The position numbers were made by a program, and so were the translations under genes. Shown one piece after another: positions 1-12,948 of a stretch of DNA of 64,000 nt (positions are counted from its first letter, which is position 1; the number at the start of each line of letters is the position of its first letter). This stretch comes from Saccostrea echinata (taxonomy: Eukaryota). The notes below the pieces were generated by a model. That model was not told where the DNA came from. It ran no database searches and saw only the letters and a program-made list of their open reading frames with translations. Location of the stretch: positions 1,674,001 to 1,738,000 of the forward strand of contig NW_026889752.1 in assembly GCF_033153115.1 (NCBI RefSeq), given 5' to 3'.

Positions 1-1
1 T

Positions 2-420
2 CAGAAATTAAAGACTATAAAGCAAGTAGGTCCTTTCTCAAATGCTATTTTTATTCATTTTGGAGAGAATGATTTAGGAAAAACTTCTATAAGAAAAATA
101 CGGCTCGCTGTAACACATTTACTTCAGTATTTGAGACTGGAAATCCCACACATGCACTTGATTTGGTCCCTCATTTTGCTTATTTGCACTTGGCGCTAAT
201 CTGACAATTCAGCCACAACAGAAAAAGCAAGAAAACGCATCAATTATTTCATCACAAGTAAGGTGCATGGATTTGGGGGTTCAATAATCAAATACCCAGA
301 CATCTCTGACCAGACACGATCTTTTCGAAGCGATGTACAAAGTACATTTATCTGACCTGGGGAATCAAATATTTTTAAATACCATTCAAGGCGGGATTGA
401 GGAAATTGTTAATAAAAAGA
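2..420 (+). pseudogene. Decayed SGNH-hydrolase-like ORF, typical 3' ORF of Ngaro-type YR retrotransposons (truncated at window start)
   Basis: Frame 2 reads AIFIHFGENDLGK...LIWSLILL..TWR*SDN..EKARKRINY..GGSIIKYPDIS, then after a frameshift VHLSDLGNQIFLNTIQGG. This matches the G-x-N-D and (D-G-V)-H-L SGNH blocks, with a stop and a frameshift. Confidence 0.7.
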
Positions 421-676
421 TCTCCAACTATCCACACCCTAAATAACTTTCATTTGCCTTTAAAAGGGCACGGCAGTAAGGTTGCCGCTCTAAGCCCCCT
501 ACCCATTGCCAATTTTGTGGCGGAGACCCAAAACGTAAGTGCTCTGAGCAAGCCACTTACAGTTGGAGTCTTTTGGTGTAACAAGCGGCTTTTACAATAT
601 AATTTGTGAAACATGACATTTGAAACTGACCTTGACCTCTGCATCTACCAGTGGCAAGGTCATACTGCTTTGATGT

Positions 677-835
677 GTTGAACTTTGACCTTGAGTCCTG
701 CACCTCCCAGGATCAAGGTCACCTATGCATTTGTTGAACTTTAACCTTGAGTCTTGCCACTCCCAGGATCAAGGTCACCTATGCATTTGTTGAACTTTAA
801 CCTTGAGTCTTGCCACTCCCAGGATCAAGGTCACT
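677..835. repeat. 56-bp tandem repeat, about 3 copies (plus a degenerate copy near 620)
   Basis: Unit gttgaactttaaccttgagtcttgccactcccaggatcaaggtcacctatgcattt starts at 677, 733 and 789. Confidence 0.9.
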
Positions 836-1689
836 TATTTGACATAATATGTTGTTCATACTTTTTGGGCCATCCTAGCTGTATGCAGCCCACATTTGAC
901 AATTGTGATTTGTGTTGTGAATGTTTTTTGTATTCAATATCAGCTGTGCCCTTAATCGTCAATTAACTTCATAACAAATATGTTCTGTATCCATTTGCAA
1001 TCTCTGAGATAATTAGAAACGAACGATAAAAAGTGCATGTTGTTTCATACTTTCCTATTTTATGCCATTCAAATCAATTCGATAATCAGAAAATCTCATG
1101 CATTCATTTTATGAGATTCAAAATGTAATGCCAGAGTGAAGATGATGTAAAAAGGATATTTTTATGGCCTCTGCCATCTGATTTCTATTTAATCTTAACG
1201 TGAAATGTTAATCAAGATAGCTTTGTTTACTATAATTCAGTGTCATGATTGTTATAGTTGTGTCGATCACGCAAGTTTGATTAAACTTTCTTGTTTTTTC
1301 ATCAAGTCAATTTTCATCTTTTTTTGCTATAAATATTAGATTCCTGAAAAAAAAAAATGAAGTTCTTCACTGATTAAATTTTAATAAGATTAAATCCATT
1401 TAGGAATATAAACACGTGGCCTTATCTAACCTTTCTAGTTTTAATTGAAGGGTGCCTAACATAGGTATACAAAGGGAACAAATCATATTTAAAGCATAAC
1501 TGTCTATTTGATTTGTGTGTGTGGGGGGGGGGGGGGGTATGTGTGTGTGTGTGCGCGCGCATTGATGTAATAAATCAGTTTTCTGGCTTGTTAATTCGCA
1601 TAAACGTCGGTTCTGGCCTTCCTAACGCAAGTGAGTTAAGGCTAGATATAGGCATTTCTATGCAAATGAGCAAATAAAATGCATAAGAA

Positions 1690-2665
1690 GAATACAATCT
1701 GCAAGTGGTAATCAAACTTATACCCATAGTTCCTTTTCTGAGGAGGATATTCTTCAAAATCATATGTCAATTTTAAATATTCTTAATATTCCCGATAATC
1801 AAAATGAATTTGAATCACCATACCTACACTGGATTCCTAGACCTCATAAAGATCCTTACAAACAAAGATACAGAGAGGGTTCAAGTAAATGTTCTCCAAA
1901 AACTCTTCCTTTACTCCTCTCTAAAGTATTGACATAAGTGACGGAGTGCTGTTCCATAATATATTTGAAAAGTGGTGTAAATTAGATGTGGATACTTAAA
2001 ACTCCAAGGAGCTTTTACAAAATTTAATACAGCAAAATGTTACCAAAATTTATAACATTGAAACGTACGAATTTTAAACACTTTATACATGTACAACCAT
2101 TCCAAATTCATTGAAGTTTAGGCTTTTTGATACTATAGACACCTGTTTTTCAATACAAATGGTACTGGGTAATTTACTTACCTTGTCATTGGTCATTTGC
2201 AAAATTATTTTGTTAAAAAACTTGCTGATTGTACACACACTTACTCTAAGGTAGATATAGAAAAGACGCTTGAGTTTCTGATTGATAGTATTTATTCAAC
2301 TTTTTGGAGATCAATTCTTCCAACAATTTTTCGTAATTCCCATGGGTACCAATTGCGCCAGCTATCATAGACCTATTTTTGTATTTATATAAAACAGAAT
2401 TTAATCAAAAACTTATACATGAGAAGAAGAAAACGCTTTCTTAGGGTTTAGATATATCAACGACGTCTTAAATGTATCAAGTAGCAATAGCTAATTCCAT
2501 TCATATGTCAACTCCATGTATCCCATTAAACTTGACATAAAAGATGCTACAGAGTTTAAACGATCTGTTTCATATATGAATATTTTACTAGAAAAAGACG
2601 TGAGTGCTAACCTAACATTAAAACTTCAACTTCTTCATCGTCAGCTTCCCTTACTTATTTAACAA
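1690..2665 (+). mobile_element. Decayed Penelope-like reverse transcriptase, 5' part (interrupted by a Helitron)
   Basis: Fragments across frameshifts and stops: FSEEDILQNHM, PYLHWIPRPHKDPYKQR, SGVN*MWILKNSKELL, LEFLID, IPMGTNCA, FRYINDVL, YPIKLDIKDATE, FPYL. Confidence 0.8.
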
Positions 2666-4146
2666 CTAGATGAAATCCCGCGCGAGCGCGGGGAATTGAA
2701 TTTATACCACTACCGACAGAAAATATATTGTAGTTCTATATTGACAGCCTACAGGCTTATAGCGGGAACAAATACTTTGTTTAAAATCCCGCATGAAGTA
2801 GATTTACCTATCCAACCCCCAACCCCCCTAACCCCAACAACCCCCCCCCTCCGTTTTTTGTGTTGTGTTTGTTTTATTTTTATTATTTTTTTTTAAACTT
2901 GAAAAATAGCAATTTCATTAATTGACGTTTATTGTGAAACCTGTTATACTACGTTATGGATATTGTACTTCAGATGCTCTTATTTCATTTCCGTCAAGGA
3001 TAAAAGCAACGAATATGCACATTTTACTAATAAATGGATTGGGGGGGGGGGTGGAGGTAGGGTATTGATATGTAAAAATGTACTTTACATTTTTACCGAT
3101 CAATAAGGTATATACATATTTATAAACCAAGAACCAAGTACCTGTGTAAAAATTAGCTATTAACGCCCTATGAATAGGCTGAGAGTTTGATGCAAAAGAC
3201 TACGCTGCAATAATGTAGCCCTCTCCGGTGGGTTTTTTTTTTTTTTTTTTTTTTTTTTGGTCTGATATTTTCTAGCCTCTCTCTCTGCCCCCCCCCCCCC
3301 CTCAAAAAAGGAGAGGGCTACATTATTGCAGCTATAAAAGATTGTATTCAGAAATTAACTGTGCATTGTTTAAAGCACAAAATTTTACATCTTTAATTGT
3401 ATTTGAACAATACCTTATTCATTAATTTTCTCTTTTCATGTAAGCAAGTTTTTTACGAAGTACAAATAGTACTTTGGGTTCGTTTCCACAATGCTCTCAG
3501 TAAGGAATATATACAAATTTTACCTATAAATTTATTAGGAAAACCTACTACATATATGTAATAGTCTTTCGATATATAATTATATTCACAACTTATAGTG
3601 TTATCACTGATTAACCATTATTCCAATTGTGACCATTTACACAAACGCTTTTTTCATGGTCATGTAGCTATAATCGCCTCGTTTTTCCTTAACATCGGGC
3701 TCGATGCTATATGATGTTCTAGAAGCTTCCGTCAATATAAAGATTAGTGAATGACGAAAATATTTTGCACATTTCCCTTTTTAATCGGTTATCACAACTT
3801 ATTTCTTTTATATCATTTAAATCGAGTTTTGATTGAATAATTTAGTGATGACGTTTTATGTAATAAATAAACGATTGCTTGTTGTCAGTTTCATTAAAAA
3901 TTGCCAGTAACTTAGATCCGCCAACCGGAAACGCCACCGTACTCACGTTTTAGCTATTTCATGGCTGTTTATAGAAAATGAAATTAGACTTTTAATTTAT
4001 TGTGCGATACTTACTATGCGAGTGAAATCTAAATATAGTTTACGGACATCAGCTTGTATCTCGTGTATTGTTAGAGGAGTAAGTAAGAACTCTGGTGCAC
4101 CCGTTTCGGAGTTTATTTGCAAAATTTATTAATTTATAAGTATAGA
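2666..4146 (-). mobile_element. Non-autonomous Helitron
   Basis: On the minus strand it starts TC (4146-4145) and ends CTAG (2669-2666). A perfect GC hairpin cccgcgc-ga-gcgcggg (2677-2692) lies near the 3' end. It is inserted at A|T with no TSD, and removing it rejoins the RT frame. Confidence 0.88.
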
Positions 4147-4445
4147 TATACCCTTATCTCCCACATATGAGGTTTATATTTCCCCTTTGATTCGATACGC
4201 AAGAGTATGCGCCATGTACGAACAATTTCTAAAACGACGCAAGGTATTAAGAAACAAGTTGACGAAACTTAAAAGTCTTGTTTCAGGTCATCAGCACTGT
4301 GCACTATATAATGAATTTTTCAGCAAATACAATCTATAATTATTTCGAATGTTGGCGGAGGTTTTTCATACTAATTGGTAGGCCGTTATTTAAACCTTGA
4401 ATTGTCTACGATTTTTTTCCTTTTCCCGATCATGACAAAGAGCAC
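4147..4445 (+). mobile_element. Decayed Penelope-like RT, 3' part (thumb region and start of 3' UTR)
   Basis: Continues in frame from 2665: (N)IPLSPTYEVYISPLIRYARVCAMYEQFLKRRKVLRNKL. Confidence 0.8.
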
Positions 4446-5651
4446 TGTCACAACTCACTTTGATAAATTATGCACTTTTACAAAATTAAATTTGATAAAT
4501 TGTTGGTGAGTACATCACTTCAGGATCAGAGATATGAACGTTTTAAGGATTTTTTTTGGGTTGTCCTGTGCCCAAAGACTCTCGTAAATGTTAGGGATAT
4601 GGGCCTTTTAGAAATAATTTAGGAATGATTGTTTAATAGCATAATTTCGTTTTCTCTTCTATTTTAACCAGTCTGTAATAAGTTCGGTAGATGAAGGAGT
4701 CGATAAATGACTTAAAGCGTCGCATTTTTCTTAGGGAAAAGAGTATGTCTTAAATATGTGTATATATGATATGTATTGGAAGATGTATTGGCAGTGCCCA
4801 GAAGCTCTGCTCCCCCCCCCCCTCCCACCTTTACACTCGCAATACACACAAACATGGTACGAAGTTGCATACCAACAGTTAAATTTGCACTCAGTCTGAA
4901 TATGCAATTATTTGCCATTCAACTAATTTTTGAGGGAACATGAAGATCTGCAGGCACGCAAAACTTTGCTGTAAAATCGATTTAAATCAATTCAGTCCTG
5001 TATTTGTAAAATTTCAATTGCAAGCATTGATAAAGGATTCAATTAAAATGTACATGCAATTATGTTGACGTACAATCATCTTAAGTAATTCGAAAAGAAA
5101 AGCAGGATATCAAGTGATAATTTAGTATATCCATATAATGTATATTCTTGTAAAGTGAAACTGTATAATGTATGTAATATACATGGATGCATGTATTGTA
5201 TACATATTGTGTACATGTTTTACAAGAGAAATTAAACCCTTCGTATCCATACATATTTCATTACAACTCTTGGTGTGTTTCTTGTTATTTTTTTTCAAAA
5301 TAATGATGACTTAATCCTAACTGGTGAAATTATGTACAGGCTTGGATGTGATATTCATATCATTTAGGGTACATCTACCTGTCTGCAACAGGTCAGGTGA
5401 CGGTCTACAGTGATAAGTTTTCAATAAGGTTCATATGAATATGAAAAGGGTTGTTGAATTTGTTTTCATTTCTGCTTAATTTTGTCAACGCTTTGGAGAA
5501 AACAGATTTGAAATATTTTTTAATGATATCCCGAAATACCTTATGATTCTTTACTAAGCCCTTCCATCGCTGGTTGATAAGGCAAAACTAGATTTTTTAT
5601 TCTTTCATTTAGCGACATGATATGTCAAAAATGGTGTGTTTAGAATGACCT

Positions 5652-5692
<41 letters not shown>

Positions 5693-6944
5693 TTTATTCA
5701 ACACCCATGTTTTATTATTATTTTCGAAACCCACATCGTATTTTTTTTTTACTTCCCTACAGCAACAAACATTTCCTCTTTGATCTTCATTAGTTATACA
5801 TGTTTTTATTTCATTAAATCAGTTTAAGTGATACACTTAATCCCATTCAAAGCTCAATGAAAAGCAAATATATTAAACGAAAATTGTATTGGTTTTTGCT
5901 CGAGGTGAATCTTGGGCTATATTGAATTAGAGATCACAGGATGTTTCTTTTGTGAAGATAATTATGTTCTTTGTTTTGATATTCCATATCACTTATTTCT
6001 CAAGTGGAGTTTTGGGAAAATGTCAAAAGTAAGAGTGTTTTTTTTTTTTTTTTTTATTCCAAATTTATTTTTTTTTTTAACATGAATCAATTTTCTTTCA
6101 GAGTGTTTAAATCAAAAACTAATTATCAAAATATGTTTAAAGTGGTCTGCTGTGAGATTCGCATTAATTTCAATTATGTGCATAAGAAAAAAAAAAGAGA
6201 GAAAAATATATTTTAAACATGATCAGGTTTATTTTAAGTCACAAATACTAATCACAAAATTATATCAAAGCGTTTTTGTATAAAATGGGATGTATATACG
6301 AGGGTTGTTCGAAAACTTCGTGGACAATGTCAATCCTCGTTTTACTACTTTCAAGAAATTTAATGTAAGCACATTATCATGTGTGAACTTATCTATTTTG
6401 TTGATGTGTGAAGTTTTATTCCATTTCATAGAAATCAACTTAGTTTATTTTAAGATCAACATTTTTGATAACCTCGGAGCAAACTTAACAACATTATAAC
6501 GTCAAAAATATAGCGTCATCAGTTTCTCAAAATATTCTACCTATACATTTCACACAGTTTGGTCCAATATCTGCACATTAAAAACGTGTCTCTATCAATT
6601 GAAATTCATTTTGTTATCAATTGTTTCAGTAGCATAATTTTGAATGTCAATGTTTTCTCTTTTTTTTACCGCTAAACAATGCTTTCACAAGACCAGCAAT
6701 CGTGAAGCGCCTTAGGTTTCTCTTCCCAAGACCTTACTAACTGAACGTTTTTGGGTTGATTCTTTACAGATAATCCGGCTTCTCACAGATCGTCCTCGTC
6801 TGATACAGAGTCTCTATCATTCAAATTATACCGCCTGGACCATTACACACATACATACATGACCTCTGTACATAGGATATGACTGCAAACCGGCCAATCC
6901 ATGATTTTTAAAACGCAATAAAGTTCCACATATATTCTTCTGTG

Positions 6945-7510
6945 ACGTGTAAATCTAAAAACCTTTTATAATGTATGACATGCCCTACGTGCGTGGAAAG
7001 TTATATAGGACAAACCGGAACTAAATTAGCCGACCGTGTTCGGGTACATAAGCAACAGATTTAGGATCCGACCATAAGAAACACGCCATGTAGGGAACAC
7101 TTTCAATCCTGCGGCAAAGGCAATTTCTTATATATTCCCTTTTTACAAAGTAAAAGAGGAAAATGAACAATTACGGAGAGCCAAAGAGCATTATTTCATA
7201 AAACTGTTTAAACCAAAACTTAACTGTTAAATTAATTTTATTTCAAATCATTTCATTATGTACATTTTACATAGAATGCCTCCATTACTGTGCATAAAAA
7301 AAATATGCGCTTAAATTTTATTAGATGAACTGTAAATCTTTATCTCAGCGTCTCATTTAATTGTGATTATTGTGGTCACAATCACATTATGTTTAACGTT
7401 GCCTTCATAACGTCACGAGAATGATGCCATAATGTAACTTGTTTATTATTTCTACTGATGAGCCCGCATGGGGCGAAAGCGCTATAGATTAAAGTTTGAG
7501 TTTTTCATTT
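6945..7510 (+). mobile_element. 3' fragment of a Penelope-like element (GIY-YIG endonuclease plus pLTR), related to the element at 50-54 kb
   Basis: Reads CKSKNL..MTCPTCVESYIGQTGTKLADRVRVHKQQI*DPTIRNTPCREHF...FYKVKEENEQLRRAKEHYFIKLFKPKLNC*. This is clearly homologous to ORF 53341-53874, with a stop and frameshifts. Confidence 0.9.
7451..7488 (+). ncRNA. Minimal type I hammerhead ribozyme
   Basis: tcta-CTGATGA-gccc gcatg gggc-GAAA-gcgc-TA-taga. The catalytic core is intact, stem II is 4 bp, stem III is palindromic (agcgct), and the cleavage triplet is CUA. Confidence 0.82.
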
Positions 7511-7704
7511 AAATTTGTATTTTATATATACGCAGTACAGTTAATTGATATCCAACAAATGTAGTTATGGTTAATAACTACATATGAGGACGATAAGATT
7601 TTATATTTAGACTTGTCACGTGATGCGGCAGTCACGTGATATAGCACATATACTTGCAGTATTGAGGTCACCTATAAATTTCACTAGTGCAAGGGCATAA
7701 TCAA

Positions 7705-10700
7705 CACTACTGGCCTAAAAAATTACTGATAGTGCCACTTTTTACTGAAAATTTCTGATATTTACTGGTATTATACTGTTGGTACTGAACATTTCTGATA
7801 TTTGCTGATATTTTTACTGTTGTTACTAATAATTGCTGTTGGTTCTGATAATTACTGATATTTACTGTCGTTTTTACTGTGGGTTCTGATAATTACTGAT
7901 ATTTGCTGAGAGTTACTGTTGGTACTGAGAATTACTGATAATTACTGAAATTATTTTTCTGAACCCAAAAGATGTAAAAACAAGCATAACAATGAATAGA
8001 AAAGGAGGGGAATTGGTTGAAAGGAAGAATTAGGAAAGAAAGTCCTTTATAAATCGTTAATAATCGTTCTTATTTTAAAACACGATTTCAGAGAAAAAAA
8101 AATAACTGGTAGATGAAACTTTTTAAAGACTTCTTCACCTCTAGCTGTTTAAATAATAGTTGTACATGTAATTAAAAGATAATCCTTTAAAGCTTGTACT
8201 CATTCTTTATCTATACAGTAGTTGTTGCACATAAAAAAAGTTCTGTTGAAAGCAGTTTCAGAATTTCTTGACAAGCCCCCCCCCCCCCCCCCTCCCCCCG
8301 AAAAAAAACAAACAATCAAACAAATTAAATAAATAAAGGATTACTTAATAAAATATAATAATAAAAACAATATATACAAAACGAAAAAAAAATTACAGGA
8401 CGTTTTTAGAAGACACACACATTTCTGTATAAATGGGCCTGATGGAAGTATTGCAGTGAAATTATTTGGACGTTCTTTCTCGCTTCCCACAGGCGAGTTA
8501 AACATTTTTTTTTTTTATTTAAATTCAAACAAAGAACAGAGGATGTTATTATATCTAATGCTTACAATTGAAAGAACTATGATTACAGAGATAAATTTAA
8601 AGGAATAGACAATATCCCGATCTATTTTTTTTTTTATTTTGAAGATATTCAAGACTACTTGCAAGTCTTAAAAATTAATATATTCAAATGATAAGTATTT
8701 ATTTTCAGTAATCACAACGATGCCTGATGTAAATTGTTTTCAAAATATAATTCTAAAATTTTCTTCCAATATTAGTCAATTACATGCCACAGATGTGTGC
8801 TGGTCCCGGCATTATTCTTAAACTACGTCTTCATCGAGTCTATACCTTGATCTTAAGTTAATGTATCTAAATAATAAATTTAACATTTCTCAGATGTAAT
8901 GTTAAATAATATTAATAAGAATTTTATAACCGAAAAAAAGACGCATTCCCGTCACCCTGTAGTAAATAAATAAATATTCGTGTTTAGAGTCTGCTTCTTA
9001 TACCCCCCCCCCCCCTTTTCTGCCTTAAATGTAGAATGCATAATAACATGTACCCAACCTCGAGGAAAATAAAAGGATTACATAAATAAGAAGTTTCACA
9101 CTGCATTTTTTTTATACATCCCGGACCCTTGTTTAGTTCAAACTAAATTATTTCCCTTATTCCCCGAAGTAGACTTTTACTAGGATAATTTTTTTTTCAT
9201 TCAGATATCTATCTGTTTACTATATGTAATGAATTTATTTCTTCTGAAAAGAGGCATTCTTAATTATGAGTTTTACTCATCAAGCTTAGCCAGAAAAATA
9301 AAAATAGAAGTAATTTTTCCCCTAGAACTTTAGCTTAAATGTTCTAGATTACAAGTATCGTGTTGATTCAGGTAACCTCATATTTTGATACATTTAAATT
9401 CTTTATTTTTCATGTAATTGTTGTCTTTCTGTTCTTTTTACGCAATAAACGAAAGTGAGATATATAACAAAGAGAGATGTACATTTTTTAAATCCACCTC
9501 TCACTTCATTGTTGCGTAACTGACTGTGATATCCGGTGAGTCCCGGCCACCGAGTGCCCTTCTCTCACACTCGCCGTGTCATACATGTATATATTATACA
9601 GCAGGGACACCTATTGTGTTATTTTCTCGCTACCGTACAGTGTACATCACAGCACTTCCGTTTGTGTACAATACCCATAAAAGTCTTTGTACCCCGTTAC
9701 GGTGTTCAACAGTAATCAGACAAAATTATATTTGTAAAATTTGGGATGAATTATATTTTTGTGGTAAATTGAACAGGATTTTTCATGTAAACCAAATCTT
9801 ACTTGGTATTTTAATATTCTGATAAATTTAATGAGCTAAGTACAACAGAAAAATAAGTCACAGTAACCGTTAATGAGGGATAGATTGTGAATTAAGTTAG
9901 AAATAATTCATACTGATATAGAACATGCTGATTCTCTGTTACATGACATTGTAAAAATACGATTTCATTTTCAAGTTTAATAAATAAATTTTATTTGACA
10001 CCAAATCCTTGCATAATTCTTGGCTTGTTTCAATTAACTCCAACAATAGCTAAACTTTGTATTAAAAATATTTTTGATCTGTTGTTTTCCCCTACAAATC
10101 AACTACATGTATATCATGTGCATTCTACTTGTTCATGATCAGTATGTCCTCATTTACACATGTAAATGTTTACCCTTCTGCAAAAATCTTCGAAATATTT
10201 TTCCACTGAAGAGAAGACATATCATTGATTAAGGAAACGCTATGTGCAGAAACAAATTCTGTTGGAAAAAGTTCTAATAAATAATTTTCAGGATGATTAT
10301 AGATCGCGCATTCCCCCCTCCCCCCTTCCCGCTTTCAAAACTTACTTCCTACAAACTAAAACTTAAGTTTCTTCGTGTAATTAGTTCGTTTTAAGATATC
10401 CAACAATTAAAACATATACATCTGTAAAATATTAGCATTAAGATTAATTTTATTTATTTTAAGGACAATACATGTCTCTAAACATGTTCAGTCAAAATTA
10501 TATATGAATTGTGTTAATTTATCTAAGGATATGAAATAAATACGCTGAGGTTTAATGAGTATCGAACATTTAATTTTCCCGTTGATTGTTTTAACTGACA
10601 GTCCATTAAAAATCTCTATTTATTAAAAATATTTTTGACGACACAAATGGAATCATGATCAATGTATTCGAAAAACATTATATATGGTATGTGTTTTAAC

Positions 10701-11966
10701 AAGATTAAAGGTTTTGAACTACTTGTAACATGTTTCCTATGAAAATCTGTAATGCCTTAGAAAATGTTCAAAACATTACAACGTGTGAACGGGTTGGTGG
10801 TGTATCGATCTTGACTAACTTTGATCCAATCTCTTATAATTCTTAGGAGCGGCGGATCAAGAATTTTCTGAAACAAATAACTACAGTACTTTACATGGCA
10901 TTGAAAATGAACGGTTTTATTTTTTTTTTTTTTACATGTGTTCTTTAGATAACGTTTCACTCATATTGGGGCACTATTATTTCCCTATTAAAAGCTGCTA
11001 ATTTCGACCTGTACGCTGCACTTACATGTACATGTATATGTCCATAAATCAGTGGCAGGATCTTCCGTGTTCAACTTTTGACATGTACTCAGCGGCATTT
11101 TTTTTTTTTTACTTATGAGAAATCTTTCTCCTGCAATTTTCTATCTGTACTCTGCACTTATAAACAATGAACAGAGAGGGATCTTTCTCGTGACTCTGCA
11201 CTATTTGATCACCGAGGAATCTTTTTTTGTGCCAGAACGTACTTTAACAGAAGACCGCGGTTTATACAGTCCCATCCGAAGGACCGATCTCCATGTCCAA
11301 CATCACCGCACCATATGTATGGATTAAATGTGAATCCAATTTATTTTTTTTTAAATTGGTTTTATAATAAGAAACTGATTTATTACGTCCTTTTTAGGCC
11401 TTAGTCATCGATTGAAATAATACAAGTAAGTTCTTCGGAACTAAGGAACAGGATGAAATGGGAAAGGGGAGGCAGGTTGAATCTTCTTACAGAAAGAGAA
11501 ATCTAAGTTTTTTCCTATATATAATTAGTTTGAAAATAATTTTTTTTATGACAAAATGTATACCATCCTTGCTGTCACTCAAGTTACAAATTCTAAATGA
11601 CTACTGGTTAAAAAATGATATCAAGGATAAATTATAAAATGAAATTAATTTTGCTTAATTTATTTAATCCATCCACCCCAGTCTCTTTTAAATTTTACAT
11701 CTCATGAACTTAGAAATTAATCTCAGTAATTATCAGCAATTCTCAGTACCAACAGTAACTCTCAGCAAATATCAGTAATTATCAGAACCCACAGTAAAAA
11801 CGATAGTAAATATCAGTAATTATCAGAACTAACAGTAATTATCAGTAACAACAGCAAAAATATTAGGAAATATCAGAAATTCTCAGTACCAGCAGTATAA
11901 TATCAGTAAATATCAGAAATTATCAGTAAAAAGTGGCACTATCAGTATTTTTTTAGGCCAGTAATG
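7705..11966. mobile_element. Non-autonomous CACTA/EnSpm (CMC)-type DNA transposon, about 4.3 kb
   Basis: Left end CACTACTGGCC; right end GGCCAGTAATG (1 mismatch). Inverted arms of about 250 bp (7705-7950 and 11720-11966) are made of tactgata-type subrepeats. CAA flanks both ends (7702-7704, 11967-11969). No transposase ORF inside. Confidence 0.8.
10940..11330 (-). mobile_element. Degenerate SINE copy nested in the CACTA element
   Basis: Shares blocks ttcactcatat..., gaacagagagggatcttt and cagtcccatccgaaggacc, partly in common with the SINE fragment at 15423. Confidence 0.5.
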
Positions 11967-12473
11967 CAAGTTAAAATTCTACATTTAGAGTATAAATATT
12001 TTCAACACGCATCGTAATTTCTGAAAAGTGCTACAATCCTCTATAGATTCTGCTATTTCATTGTTAAAATCAAATTTATATGACCACATTCTGTATTTTT
12101 TGCTGGTCAACGGCATTAAATATCGATATAATTAATTCATTTTCAAGATTTCACCAGGATCGCAGCACTTTTCAGATACCTTAATACTTCTAGAGTTTAT
12201 ATGTAAAAGTTTACTGTGATCCATTAAGTGTATGCCTTTGCACTAGATCGATTCATAAGACATTTACATTACTGTCTGATGTACGTGCACACAAATATAC
12301 GACAGTATCAATTAAACATGAAATAAACGGAATATATATGAATAAAATCATAAAAAAGACATTGCAATCAAGTTCATGACCTCTTAAATATCTTTAAATA
12401 ATATTTTATTTAATTATAGAATATATTTTTGTTGTGAAAATATTTCTTGATCCGCCACTTACTGCATACAAAC

Positions 12474-12540
12474 TGCGTCAGGTTTTACGAAATGACGTCA
12501 CATCGACAAGTGCATCGCGATCAGTGACTTGTTTACACCT
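12474..12540 (+). promoter_or_regulatory. Candidate proximal promoter of EGF-TM gene 1
   Basis: Perfect CRE TGACGTCA (12493-12500), a half-site tgcgtca at 12474 and a forkhead-type TTGTTTAC (12529-12536), all 60-120 bp upstream of ATG 12592. Confidence 0.3.
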
Positions 12541-12591
12541 TGCTATGTGAAATTTAACTAAAGACAAAACAGGATGTTATAGTGAGATTAG

Positions 12592-12667
12592 ATGAAATTT
12601 GATGGATTTCTAGAGTTTAAAATAGCAAATTTTCTCATTTTGTGGAATTTTAGGAATTGTTGGTCTT
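12592..12667 (+). CDS. Putative signal-peptide exon of EGF-TM gene 1
   Basis: Reads MKFDGFLEFKIANFLILWNFRNCWS followed by a possible donor gtatga. Its position is analogous to gene 2, but the link to the next exon is hidden by the N gap. Confidence 0.35.
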
Positions 12668-12896
12668 GTATGATGTCATAGTTAACATTTCCCGTACAAA
12701 TTGGGCTCTGCCCCCTTTTTGTNNNNNNNNNNNNNNNNNNNNNNNNNNNNNNNNNNNNNNNNNNNNNNNNNNNNNNNNNNNNNNNNNNNNNNNNNNNNNN
12801 NNNNNNNNNNNNNNNNNNNNNNNNNNNNNNNNNNNNNNNNNNNNNNNNNNNNNNNNNNNNNNNNNNNNNNNNNNNNNNNNNNNNNNNNNNNNNNNN

Positions 12897-12948
12897 GGAG
12901 AATGCTGCACAGGATATATTTACAATCATGAGAAGAGTAATTGCGAAG
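12897..12948 (+). CDS. EGF-TM gene 1, Cys-rich exon (5' end in gap)
   Basis: GECCTGYIYNHEKSNCE, then a phase-1 donor G|gtaaca. Confidence 0.75.

Noticed and set aside
6295-6335. Mariner-like terminus tacgagggttgttcgaaaacttcgtgga (similar at about 41527)
   Set aside because: No matching opposite end or transposase found, so no element can be delimited.
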